A stretch of 64,000 nt of DNA from Pseudomonadota bacterium. Lineage in GTDB: Bacteria; Myxococcota_A; UBA796; SXON01. A program made the translations under genes and the position numbers. The stretch covers positions 2,786 through 66,785 of the forward strand of contig JAUXQH010000133.1 in NCBI GenBank assembly GCA_030685065.1, read 5' to 3'. This document shows positions 1 through 8,522 of the stretch, piece by piece (the stretch's first letter is position 1; each line of letters opens with the position of its first letter). Under the pieces are notes generated by a model that saw nothing but the letters and a program-made list of their open reading frames with translations, ran no database searches and was not told the origin of the DNA.

Positions 1-387
1 ACCACCGGGGGCAACGCACTGAAGTACTACGCCTCGGTGCGGCTCGATGTCCGCCGCATCGGCACGGTCAAGAAGGCCGAAGACGCCATCGGCAACCGCA
101 CGAGGGTCAAGGTGGTGAAGAACAAGCTCGCGCCCCCGTTCCGACAGGTCGAGTTCGACATCATTTTCGGACGCGGCATCAACCGGTGCGGCGAGATCGT
201 CGAGATGGCCGAGGCGCAGGGCACGATCACGCGGTCAGGGTCCTGGTACTCGTTCGGCGACGTGAAGCTCGGACAGGGACGGGAGAAGGCGATCGAGCAC
301 CTGGAGGCCAACCCGACAATGCTCCGGCAGCTCGAGCGCGCCCTCTCCCCCACTCGTGTGAATTGGAGCGTCACCGGCGAGGCCTAG
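1..387 (+). CDS. recA: Recombinase RecA, C-terminal part (5' end outside the window)
   Basis: Frame 1 reads [19 protein letters not shown]...[13 protein letters not shown]...SGSWYSF...GQGRE, diagnostic RecA motifs; stop TAG at 387. Confidence 0.98.
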   Translation, partial: TTGGNALKYYASVRLDVRRIGTVKKAEDAIGNRTRVKVVKNKLAPPFRQVEFDIIFGRGINRCGEIVEMAEAQGTITRSGSWYSFGDVKLGQGREKAIEHLEANPTMLRQLERALSPTRVNWSVTGEA

Positions 388-532
388 CCGTCCCGTGAGC
401 GCGCTTGGGGCCTCCGACAACTCGTCGGGGCGTGCGGCCGGGGCGGGTTCGGGCGGGAGAATTTCCCGTCCGGGTGAACGGGGCTCCAAGCGCGGCGAGA
501 GGGGGGACACCCCCCTCTCGTTCTCACCCCGC

Positions 533-1849
533 CTAGCGGGAATCCCCGGGGCGAACGAGGGTACCGCGAACATCGTCGTCCACGATGCGGCCGCGTTGAG
601 CGACCAGCCGTCCGCCGACGTACACCTGCTCGGGCTTCAATCCGATCTTCTGACCGACGAACGGGCTCCAGCCCACACGGGTGAGCAGATCGGAGGTCGT
701 GAGCTTCACCAGGTCGACTTCGGTGAACAGAGCGAAGTCCGCGTCGTACCCGGCCTTGACCCACCCCTTCCGATGGAATCCGAAGATCTGGGCCGGCGCC
801 TCGGAGCACAGCTGCACCATGCGCTCGATCGACAGGCGGCCCTGGCGGATCGCGGAGATGAGCAGGGGGAAGGTGGTCTCCACACCCGGGATGCCGGAGG
901 GCGCGTCCCAATAGGGCAGGAGCTTCTCTTCGCGTGTGTGCGGCGCGTGGTCGCTGCCGATGGTGTCGATCCGGTTGCGACGAACCGCCGTCCACAGCGC
1001 CCGCCGATCGATCTCGTCACGGATCGGAGGGTTGCACTTGGTGAAATTGCCCTGGGTCGTCTCCGTGGAGAGCCACAGGTGGTGGGGCGAGACCTCGGTC
1101 GTGATCGGAACGATTCCACGCACATCTTCGAGAACCGCAAGCTCAGCGGAGGTGGAGACATGGCATACGTGAACCGGCCGTTTGTGCGCGCGAGAGAGCT
1201 CGACGAGCCGCCTCAGGGCGGCGGCGGCGGCGGCGGGCGGCCGCACCTCGTTGTGATCGGGCGTCGGGTTTCCCGCGAATCGCTCTCTCGCGCCGACGAG
1301 CAACGCCTCGTCCTCGGCGTGGACGCCGAGCAGGCCGCGTGTCTCGGCGAACACCCGGGCGAGCGTCGCGTCGTCCACGAGGAGGGGGCCGGTGGAGCCG
1401 CCCATGAAGACCTTGATCCCGCAGGCGTCACGGCTGTCCATGAGCTCGTTCATCTCGTCGAAATTATTCGACGCGGCCCCGACCCACAGCCCGTAGTTCG
1501 CTCGCGAGGCGGCGGCGGCCAGGGCCCGCTTCTCCTCCCAGAGCGCGCGCGTGAGCGTGGGTGGCGACGTGTTCGGCATGTCGCACACGGTCGTCACGCC
1601 GCCCGAGGTGGCCGCCCGCGTACCCGATTCCCAGTCTTCCTTGTGCGGATGCCCGGGGGAGCGGAAGTGCACGTGGGTGTCGATGATGCCGGGGACGAGG
1701 AACTTTCCGATCGCGGGCGCCTTTCGGCGCGCCGGGCCGGCCGGACGCGGTCCGACGTAGACGATCCGTCCGTCCTCCACACATACATCCGCCACCGCTC
1801 GACCACTCGAGCTCACGACGGTAGCGTCCTCAACGATTAGGTCATACAC
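533..1849 (-). CDS. pyrC: Dihydroorotase-family amidohydrolase
   Basis: DTHVHFR, DMPNT, GIKVFM, HAED, HVCHVS, KCNPPIR and GSDHAPH motifs. Start placed at GTG 1849 (VYDLIVEDATVV); the longer ORF-track extension looks like non-coding read-through. Confidence 0.8.
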   Translation of the reverse strand: MYDLIVEDATVVSSSGRAVADVCVEDGRIVYVGPRPAGPARRKAPAIGKFLVPGIIDTHVHFRSPGHPHKEDWESGTRAATSGGVTTVCDMPNTSPPTLTRALWEEKRALAAAASRANYGLWVGAASNNFDEMNELMDSRDACGIKVFMGGSTGPLLVDDATLARVFAETRGLLGVHAEDEALLVGARERFAGNPTPDHNEVRPPAAAAAALRRLVELSRAHKRPVHVCHVSTSAELAVLEDVRGIVPITTEVSPHHLWLSTETTQGNFTKCNPPIRDEIDRRALWTAVRRNRIDTIGSDHAPHTREEKLLPYWDAPSGIPGVETTFPLLISAIRQGRLSIERMVQLCSEAPAQIFGFHRKGWVKAGYDADFALFTEVDLVKLTTSDLLTRVGWSPFVGQKIGLKPEQVYVGGRLVAQRGRIVDDDVRGTLVRPGDSR

Positions 1850-1870
1850 GCCTGGACCCAGCCATGATCG

Positions 1871-2722
1871 ATGGCACCTAATGCACCCCCGTCCCTTCGA
1901 CCATGTTCCCCCCCCATCCCAGCACCGGGTGTACCCCTGACGACCTCCGGTAGCGCACACCGCGCTCCTTCCCTTCTTTTCTACGCCGGGCCCCCCTTCG
2001 GCGCCGACCTGTACCAGCGCGTGATCGAGCGGCTCGGGTACGGCGAGGCGCGCAGCGTGATCGACCCGAGCGCCCCTGGACACGGGTGGTCCGACCGCGC
2101 GGCCGTCATCGCCGAGCAGATCGATCGCGGGCCCACCGTGCTCGTGGCGCACGGGCTCGCCGTCCCCGCGGCGGTCGCCGCCGCCCTGCTCACGCCCCCT
2201 GTAGCCCTCGTCATGTCCAACGGGCCGCTCCGCCGGCTCGACCCGTTCACGCGTGCCCTGGCGGGCCTCTGCGCAACGCGTCCGGGCGGGGGCCTCCTCC
2301 AGCACTCTCTGCTGCGCCCGCAGCCGTGGCTGGGGTGGCTGGCCTCGTCGGCGGGCCTGCGGCGGGCGGTGGTGAACCCCTACGTCATGGACCGCGACAC
2401 GGTCGCCGCGCTCTGTGGTCCCCTCGTGGCCACGAAAGAGGGGCGCGCGGCGGTGGCCGCCTACCTGGGGAGCCTCCGCGAGCTGCCCGATCCGCGCGCG
2501 CTGCGGTGCCCGGTGCTGCTCCTCTGGGGCGACGCCGATCCGCTGTATCCGTCTGAAGAGGCTGCCTTTTTGGAGTCCGCGCTCACGGGGGCCCAGCACC
2601 GTTCGGTGCCCGGCGGGCAGCACGTGCATCCGGAGGAGCGCCCGTGGGAGATGGCCGATCGGCTCGCCGCCTGGCTCGCCGAGCAGGGGATCTCGCCGGC
2701 TGCCGCGACACGGATGTCCTGA
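1871..2722 (+). CDS. Alpha/beta-hydrolase-fold protein with a degenerate nucleophile elbow
   Basis: CPVLLLWGDADPLYP and GGQHVHPEERP C-terminal motifs; the elbow reads VAHGLA. Start uncertain. Confidence 0.75.
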   Translation: MAPNAPPSLRPCSPPIPAPGVPLTTSGSAHRAPSLLFYAGPPFGADLYQRVIERLGYGEARSVIDPSAPGHGWSDRAAVIAEQIDRGPTVLVAHGLAVPAAVAAALLTPPVALVMSNGPLRRLDPFTRALAGLCATRPGGGLLQHSLLRPQPWLGWLASSAGLRRAVVNPYVMDRDTVAALCGPLVATKEGRAAVAAYLGSLRELPDPRALRCPVLLLWGDADPLYPSEEAAFLESALTGAQHRSVPGGQHVHPEERPWEMADRLAAWLAEQGISPAAATRMS

Positions 2723-2882
2723 ATCGCGGACTCCGCGCGACGATGCGAGGCCGAGATCGCGCGGAGATGCGGGCCTGGTCGGGGCTTCGGCCCGCTGGGA
2801 CCGAAATGGTTCGGAAGTTGCATATCGGGCTGGCGGAGACGCGACGGCCCGAGGCTGGCGAGTACCCCCCGCCCTCCTCACC

Positions 2883-2923
2883 GCGAGCAGGCGCCCGGAC
2901 CCCCGGGCGCCTCGCTTCTTTTT
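2883..2923 (+). terminator. Intrinsic terminator-like hairpin
   Basis: AGGCGCCCGG-ACCC-CCGGGCGCCT stem followed by CGCTTCTTTTT. Confidence 0.6.
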
Positions 2924-2988
2924 GGGACACGCCTCCCATTTCGGCCCCGTGGACGTGACCGATGGCCTCGTTCGGATAGAACGCCGCG

Positions 2989-5001
2989 GTGAATCTGGAC
3001 CGTCTACGCAGCGTGGTGCCCGTGTCCGTGGACGCCGCCGAGCGCATCGCGCACGCACGGGACCTCTGGCCGCGAGGAACCCTTGCGCTCGCGGGCGCCG
3101 GGCCACTGCCGCCATCCCCCGAGGCGGTTGCCTGGCCTCGAGACGGCGAGGAGATCGCGGCTTGCCTGGCCTGGGCCGAGGCGGAAGGGGTAGCGATCGT
3201 GCCCTATGGCGCGGGGAGCGGCGTTTGTGGCGCGGCCGCCGGTCGCGCGGGATCGCTCGTCCTCGACCTGAAGCGGATGAACCGGATCGGTCTCATCGAG
3301 GGCGACACCGTGACCTGCCAACCGGGGGTCCTCGGGCAACATCTCGAGGACGCGCTGGAGCGCGTGGGCCGGGCCACCCGCCACAGCCCGTCGTCGATCT
3401 GGTGCTCCACGGTGGGCGGCTGGGCGGCGTCCCGCTCCGCAGGCCAGTTCTCCAGCAAGTACGGGAAGTTCGAGGACATGGTCCTCGGGTTGAAGGTCGT
3501 GGCTCCGGCCGGGGCGTTCGGCACGGGCGTGTGGGCGAGCGGGGAGGATCTCGGGCCGTGGGTGATGGGCGCGGAGGGGAGCCTGGGCGTCATCAGCGAG
3601 CTGTTGGTGCGCACGGTGCCCGTGCCGGCGGTCCGCAAGTTTGGGGCCTGGCGATTCGCGTCGGTCGAGGCCGCGTGGGAGAGCATGCGGGCGCTCCTCC
3701 AGGCCGACCTCCATCCCGCGGTGCTGAGGCTCTACGATCCGGTGGATACGCGGATCGCAGGGAAGGGGAGCGCCACCACGGTGAAGGCGAAGGAGGGCGC
3801 CGGGTGGCTCGACGAGCTCCGAACCCTGGTCGAGTCCGTGCCCGCGCTCCGTTCGCACCTGCTGAGCCTTCCGCTGGCCCTGCCTCGGCTCCTCAACGCG
3901 TTGGCGCAAGGCGTCTCGTCCGGCTGCATCCTCATCGCCGGCTGGGAGGGAGAGCCCGACGTGGTCGAGGTGCTCGCACGCCACGGCGCCGCGCTGCTGT
4001 CGGGTGGCGAGCCGCTCGGCGAGGAGCTCGGGGAGCACTGGTACGCCCATCGCCACGACGTGAGCTACAAGTCGGCACCCATCTTCGAACGCGGAGGATT
4101 CGCCGACACGATGGAGGTCGCCACGACATGGTCGCGCTTGCCCGCGCTCTACAAGGGAGTCCGGGCCGCCCTCGGCCGGCACGCGCTCGTGATGGCTCAC
4201 TTCTCCCATGTCTACCAAGAAGGCTGTAGCATCTACTTCAGCTTTGCCGGTGTTGGCCGCCTCGATGTCTACGATGCCGCGTGGCGCGATGCGCTCTCCG
4301 CCGCGGCCGAGGCCGGGGGAACCGTCGCGCACCACCATGGCGTGGGCCAGCTCAAGATGGCGGCGGCGGCGCGCGAGCTAGCGGGAATCGCTCCGCGTTT
4401 CCACGCGCTCAAGGCAAGGCTCGATCCCGCCGGGATCTTGAACCCCGGCCGGCTTTTTCCGTTGGTCGACATGCCCGAGCCGGCCGCGCCCCCGGTCGAG
4501 ATCGATCCGGTCTCCCGGATCGCCACGCTCGACGCCCAACAGCCCGCCGCCGAGCGTGACGACTGGCTCGCGAAGGCGGGGTGGGAGCTGCGTTTCCCCT
4601 CCACCGGCTCCCTCGCGGCCAGCGTCGGCGCGCCGCGCCAGCCCTGGGAGTCCCGGGTCCTCGGGGCCAGTGCGCGTCTCGACGGGCGGCGCGCGGTTTT
4701 TCTCGCGGTCCCGCGTAGCAGCGCCGGGCCCGATCCCCGAGAAGCCCTCCCGGCCGGCGCGTACGAGACACTCACGGTCCCCGTCGTTCGTCGGGATGAG
4801 GCTGTCGTTCGCGTCGATGTGTCGGCCAGCACGTGCCTCGCGGCGGATCTGCGACCAGCGCGGGAGATCGCCGGCTCGGCCGAGTTCCGGGGCCCCGCGG
4901 CGGCGGACCTCGCCGCGCTGGCGAGGCGCCTGGGCCCCATCGGCTCGGAGCGAGCTTCCGCGGACCTCCCAGCGGCGGATCGCGCGCGGAGTGGCTCCTG
5001 A
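2989..5001 (+). CDS. FAD-linked oxidoreductase, alkyl-DHAP synthase (AGPS)-like
   Basis: PYGAGSGVCG, STVGGWAASRSAGQFSSKYG, GAEGSLGVI, HFSHVY, AHHHGVG and LDPAGILNPG motifs of the VAO/AGPS family. Confidence 0.8.
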   Translation: MNLDRLRSVVPVSVDAAERIAHARDLWPRGTLALAGAGPLPPSPEAVAWPRDGEEIAACLAWAEAEGVAIVPYGAGSGVCGAAAGRAGSLVLDLKRMNRIGLIEGDTVTCQPGVLGQHLEDALERVGRATRHSPSSIWCSTVGGWAASRSAGQFSSKYGKFEDMVLGLKVVAPAGAFGTGVWASGEDLGPWVMGAEGSLGVISELLVRTVPVPAVRKFGAWRFASVEAAWESMRALLQADLHPAVLRLYDPVDTRIAGKGSATTVKAKEGAGWLDELRTLVESVPALRSHLLSLPLALPRLLNALAQGVSSGCILIAGWEGEPDVVEVLARHGAALLSGGEPLGEELGEHWYAHRHDVSYKSAPIFERGGFADTMEVATTWSRLPALYKGVRAALGRHALVMAHFSHVYQEGCSIYFSFAGVGRLDVYDAAWRDALSAAAEAGGTVAHHHGVGQLKMAAAARELAGIAPRFHALKARLDPAGILNPGRLFPLVDMPEPAAPPVEIDPVSRIATLDAQQPAAERDDWLAKAGWELRFPSTGSLAASVGAPRQPWESRVLGASARLDGRRAVFLAVPRSSAGPDPREALPAGAYETLTVPVVRRDEAVVRVDVSASTCLAADLRPAREIAGSAEFRGPAAADLAALARRLGPIGSERASADLPAADRARSGS

Positions 5002-5804
5002 ACCCGGCGGACTTCACGACGTGCGCCTACTGTCCGCGCCTCTGTCGGCACGTGTGCCCCGTCGCGGTCGCCACCGGCGCGGAGGCGGCGACAGCCGCCT
5101 CGATGATGGCCGTGCCCCTGCTTCTGGAGCGCGGGGCGCTCGCCCCGGCCGATGCATTGGCGGGGACCTCGCTGTGTCTGGGTTGCGGGGCCTGCACGGC
5201 GCACTGCAAGGTGCACATCCCCGTCGGCCAGCGCCTCGCGGCTTGGAGGGCGCCGCAGGTCGCCCCTCCTCCCCCCGACCCGTTGACGCCCATCGAGGGA
5301 GGAGCCCGGATTGTCTGCGTCTTGACCGGCTCTTCGGCCTGGTCGGCCCGGTGGAGCGAGGCCACCGGGGTCGAGGTCGCGGTCGTTTCCACGAACGACA
5401 GCCTGGGTCACGCCGCCTGGCGGCTCGGACACCCGGGCGTGCTCGAGGGAGTCGCCTCCCACTTCGCGGGTCGGGAGCTGGTCACTGGCTCGGGCGCGGT
5501 CGAGGAGGTCGCGCGGGCGGCGGGTGTACCTGTCCGGCGGCTGCCGGCTCCCGCCGCCGACGCCGTGTTCCATCCCTGTCACGCGGGGCCTCGGCCGGGC
5601 CCGGGGCAACTCGCGTGCTGTGGCCGGCGCGAGGGGTTCCCCGAGCGGGAGCCCGATGCGGCCCGCATGGTCGCGGAAGAGAACGTCCGGCTCCTCGGCG
5701 ACGTCATCACGAGCTGCGCCGACGAAGAGTGCGCCTGCTGGTTGCGCGCCCACGGGGGGCGGGTCGTCGGCCCCACTGATTCCCCTGGATGTACGGATGT
5801 CTGA
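4998..5804 (+). CDS. Fe-S protein (4Fe-4S dicluster plus reduced CCG domain, GlcF/HdrD-like)
   Basis: CAYCPRLCRHVCP, CLGCGACTAHC, FHPCH and LACCG motifs. Start inferred at CTG overlapping the upstream TGA. Confidence 0.72.
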   Translation: MNPADFTTCAYCPRLCRHVCPVAVATGAEAATAASMMAVPLLLERGALAPADALAGTSLCLGCGACTAHCKVHIPVGQRLAAWRAPQVAPPPPDPLTPIEGGARIVCVLTGSSAWSARWSEATGVEVAVVSTNDSLGHAAWRLGHPGVLEGVASHFAGRELVTGSGAVEEVARAAGVPVRRLPAPAADAVFHPCHAGPRPGPGQLACCGRREGFPEREPDAARMVAEENVRLLGDVITSCADEECACWLRAHGGRVVGPTDSPGCTDV

Positions 5805-6795
5805 CTCCCCTTCCTCGACAGACTCCGCCGGCGCGCAGAACCGGGGCGAGCGCCTGATCGTCATCGCCAACCCGAAGGCGGGGGGGGGGCGCGCGGGCGC
5901 GAACCGCGACCTGATCGAGCGCGCGGCGGCCCGCGCATTCGCCCAGGTCGAGGTCCGGTGGACCGAGGGGCCGGGCCACGCGTCCGAGCTGGCGCGGGAC
6001 GCCGCAGCGGACGCGGACATCGTGGCCGCGCTGGGTGGTGACGGCACCTGCAGCGAGGTCGTCAACGGGCTGGTCCCCGGTGGAGTGGCCGTAAAGCCCA
6101 AGGTGGTGTTCGGGGTGATTCCGTTCGGCACCGGCGGCGATCTCGTCCGGAGCCTGGAGCTCCCGCGCAAGGTCGATCGCGCCTACTGGATGCTCGGCAC
6201 CGGGATGACGCTTCCACTCGACATCGGGCTCTTCACCTGGGACGACGGCGCGAAGCGCGTCTTCGTCAATGTCGCCGGCATCGGTGCCAATGCGGATGTC
6301 TGCCGGCGGGCCAACGCCTCGAGCAAGCGGTTCGGCGGGACGGTCACGTTCCTCAGCGCCGTGGTCGGCGCGCTCGCGGGGTTCGAGGCTCGGCGCGTGT
6401 CGTGGTCCTGGGACGGGCCGGACGGCCCGGGCGAGGCCGAGCTCGACACGTTCGCCGCGTTCTGTGCGAATGGGCACTACTGTGGCGCTGGCATGTGGGT
6501 CGGAAAGGGCGGCTCGATGGCGGACGGCGTTTTCGAGCTGACCATCATTCCGCCCTTCGGGCTGATGAAGGCGCTGAGCCTCCTGCCCCACGTCTACAAC
6601 GGGAAGCTCGCTGATCGGCCCGAGGTTCGCCGGATCCGCGTCACCTCGGTGCGCGTGGGTTCGGAGATGCCCCTCGAAGGGGACGGCGAGAGCCTCGGGT
6701 CCGGCCCGGTTCGCATCACGTCCGTCCCGCGCGCCCTGCAGATGCGCGGCGGTTGGCTGAACCCGCCCCGGGGTGGGGCCTCCTCGGCCCGCTGA
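5797..6795 (+). CDS. Diacylglycerol kinase family (YegS/DgkB-like) lipid kinase
   Basis: IANPKAG, LGGDGT, IPFGTGGDL, FVNVAGIG, NGHYCGAG and EGDGE motifs. Confidence 0.9.
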   Translation: MSDSPSSTDSAGAQNRGERLIVIANPKAGGGRAGANRDLIERAAARAFAQVEVRWTEGPGHASELARDAAADADIVAALGGDGTCSEVVNGLVPGGVAVKPKVVFGVIPFGTGGDLVRSLELPRKVDRAYWMLGTGMTLPLDIGLFTWDDGAKRVFVNVAGIGANADVCRRANASSKRFGGTVTFLSAVVGALAGFEARRVSWSWDGPDGPGEAELDTFAAFCANGHYCGAGMWVGKGGSMADGVFELTIIPPFGLMKALSLLPHVYNGKLADRPEVRRIRVTSVRVGSEMPLEGDGESLGSGPVRITSVPRALQMRGGWLNPPRGGASSAR

Positions 6796-7201
6796 CGCCG
6801 GAGGAGCCGCTGTCCGCTTCGCTCCGCGCCGACCGCGGGGCATCCGGGCGGATGCCGACGGGTGATCAGCGCTTCCTCGGCTTCATCGCCCAGGATGGGC
6901 TCTAGAACGCCGATGTCCGCGTAGTTGCAGCCTCAGGGCGAGCGCAGCGACGAGACGTCGCGTGCGGTCCTGGAGAATCTGGGAATTTTGGGTTTATCTG
7001 AAAAGTGAAAAAACGGGGCTTTGGTCGTTGGCGAATTTAGGGTCTTCCGGCTATTTGTTGTGGGCCGGGAAGGGAAGTCCTCTCTGACCTTTCCGGGACC
7101 ACGGGCGGGGGTGCCCACTGGCCTGAAGCAGAAGCTGAAGAGTGCCGATCTTCGAGATTCTTAACAATTACAAGTTCTCACCCCCGAGAAAGGAGTCCTC
7201 C

Positions 7202-7477
7202 GTGAACAAGGCAGACCTTACCGAGCAGCTCTCCGTCAAGGCAGGCATCCCCAAGATCCGCGCCGCCCTGTACGTGAACATCATCATGGACACCGTCCAG
7301 GACGCCCTCACCAAGGGCGAGAAGGTGACCATCTCCGACTTCGGCACCTTCACGGTGTCCCAGCGCCGTCAGTTCAAGGGCCACAATCCCAAGAACGGCG
7401 CCGAGATCCAGGTCCCGTCGCGTCGCATCCCGGTGTTCCGCGCGGGCAAGGGCCTCAAGGAAGCGCTGAACAACTAA
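7202..7477 (+). CDS. hup: HU family DNA-binding protein
   Basis: VNKADL...VTISDFGTF...GHNPKNG...PVFRAGKGLKE; AAGGAG RBS before GTG 7202; AT-rich upstream region. Confidence 0.93.
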   Translation: MNKADLTEQLSVKAGIPKIRAALYVNIIMDTVQDALTKGEKVTISDFGTFTVSQRRQFKGHNPKNGAEIQVPSRRIPVFRAGKGLKEALNN

Positions 7478-7490
7478 GGCGTCTCTGCGT

Positions 7491-7534
7491 GGCCCCCGCT
7501 TCGGTTGTACCGGGGCGGGGGCCATCGCGTTTTT
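7491..7534 (+). terminator. Intrinsic terminator after hup
   Basis: GGCCCCCGC...GCGGGGGCC stem followed by ATCGCGTTTTT. Confidence 0.65.
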
Positions 7535-7739
7535 CGCCGTGTTTGCCCTGCCCGGTAGCCTGCGTCACGCCTCCTGGTGCGCGGCGTTGGTGAAGGGTTG
7601 ACGGAGCGAACTCCGTCGGTTCAGTTTGCGTCCAGTTTTGCCGGACCCGGTCCGGAGCGGCACTTCTCGTGGCCGTCGGCGCCAAGGCGCTGAGAAGGGC
7701 AATACCCACGGGGCTGCTTCCGGCAGTCCAGGAGGCGCA

Positions 7740-8372
7740 ATGGATCGCGCGGCTCGTCACACACCCTGGATGGCTTCACTCGCGACTCCGGTCGTGCACT
7801 TCGCTGCCGAGGCGCGGCTTCCGAGCCGCTACGGCGACTTCCGCGTGCTCGCGTTCGAGTGCGCGACGGACGGGAACGACTACGGGGTGATGGCGAGAGG
7901 TGAGCTCGACGGCGCAGAGGACGTTCCGGTGCGCCTCCACTCCGAGTGCTTCACCGGCGACGTGATGGGGAGCTGGAAGTGCGATTGCCGCGACCAGCTC
8001 GAGGCGGCGCTGACCTACGTGGGCGCCGCCGAGCGGGGGGCGGTCCTCTACCTCCCCCAGGAGGGTCGAGGCATCGGCCTGGCCAACAAGATCCGCGCGT
8101 ATGCCCTTCAGGACGCGGGGATGGACACCGTCGAGGCAAACCTCGCGCTCGGCTTTCCGGACGACCTGCGGCAGTACGACATCGCCGCCGAGGTCATCCG
8201 CCAGATGGGGATCCGCTCGGTGCGCCTGCTGACCAACAATCCGGCCAAGCTGGCCGGGCTGCGCCGTGCCGGGATCCCGGTGACCGGGCACATCCCGCTC
8301 CGCACCGAGGCAAACGCGCACAACCTCGACTACCTTGCCACGAAGCGCGAGAAGAGCGGCCACCTGCTCTAA
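7740..8372 (+). CDS. ribA: GTP cyclohydrolase II
   Basis: VRLHSECFTGD, CDCRDQL, QEGRGIGLANKI and LLTNNPAK motifs; GGAGG RBS before ATG 7740. Confidence 0.96.
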   Translation: MDRAARHTPWMASLATPVVHFAAEARLPSRYGDFRVLAFECATDGNDYGVMARGELDGAEDVPVRLHSECFTGDVMGSWKCDCRDQLEAALTYVGAAERGAVLYLPQEGRGIGLANKIRAYALQDAGMDTVEANLALGFPDDLRQYDIAAEVIRQMGIRSVRLLTNNPAKLAGLRRAGIPVTGHIPLRTEANAHNLDYLATKREKSGHLL

Positions 8373-8426
8373 GAGGGTCGCCGGCTCCGGATCTCCGAGG
8401 GCGCCGTCGCCGATCTTGATGACTCG

Positions 8427-8456
8427 TTGACACCCGCGTGGACCCCCGGCTACCCT
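8427..8456 (+). promoter_or_regulatory. Sigma70-type promoter candidate
   Basis: TTGACA-N18-TACCCT upstream of the 8523 gene. Confidence 0.5.
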
Positions 8457-8522
8457 TCGCCCGTGCCGCTCGTCCGTTCGTAGCGGGCCTCATGTCGATC
8501 GCGACGCTGTCCCGGAGTCGGA

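Noticed and set aside
2797-2820. tmRNA-like 5' end GGGACCGAAATGGTTCG
   Set aside because: No T-arm/CCA 3' end or tag reading frame; none seen near smpB either.
7678-7710. TPP-riboswitch-like GCTGAGA...ATACCC
   Set aside because: The 3' half (ACCTGA...GCG.AGG) is absent; kept only as an unclassified leader.
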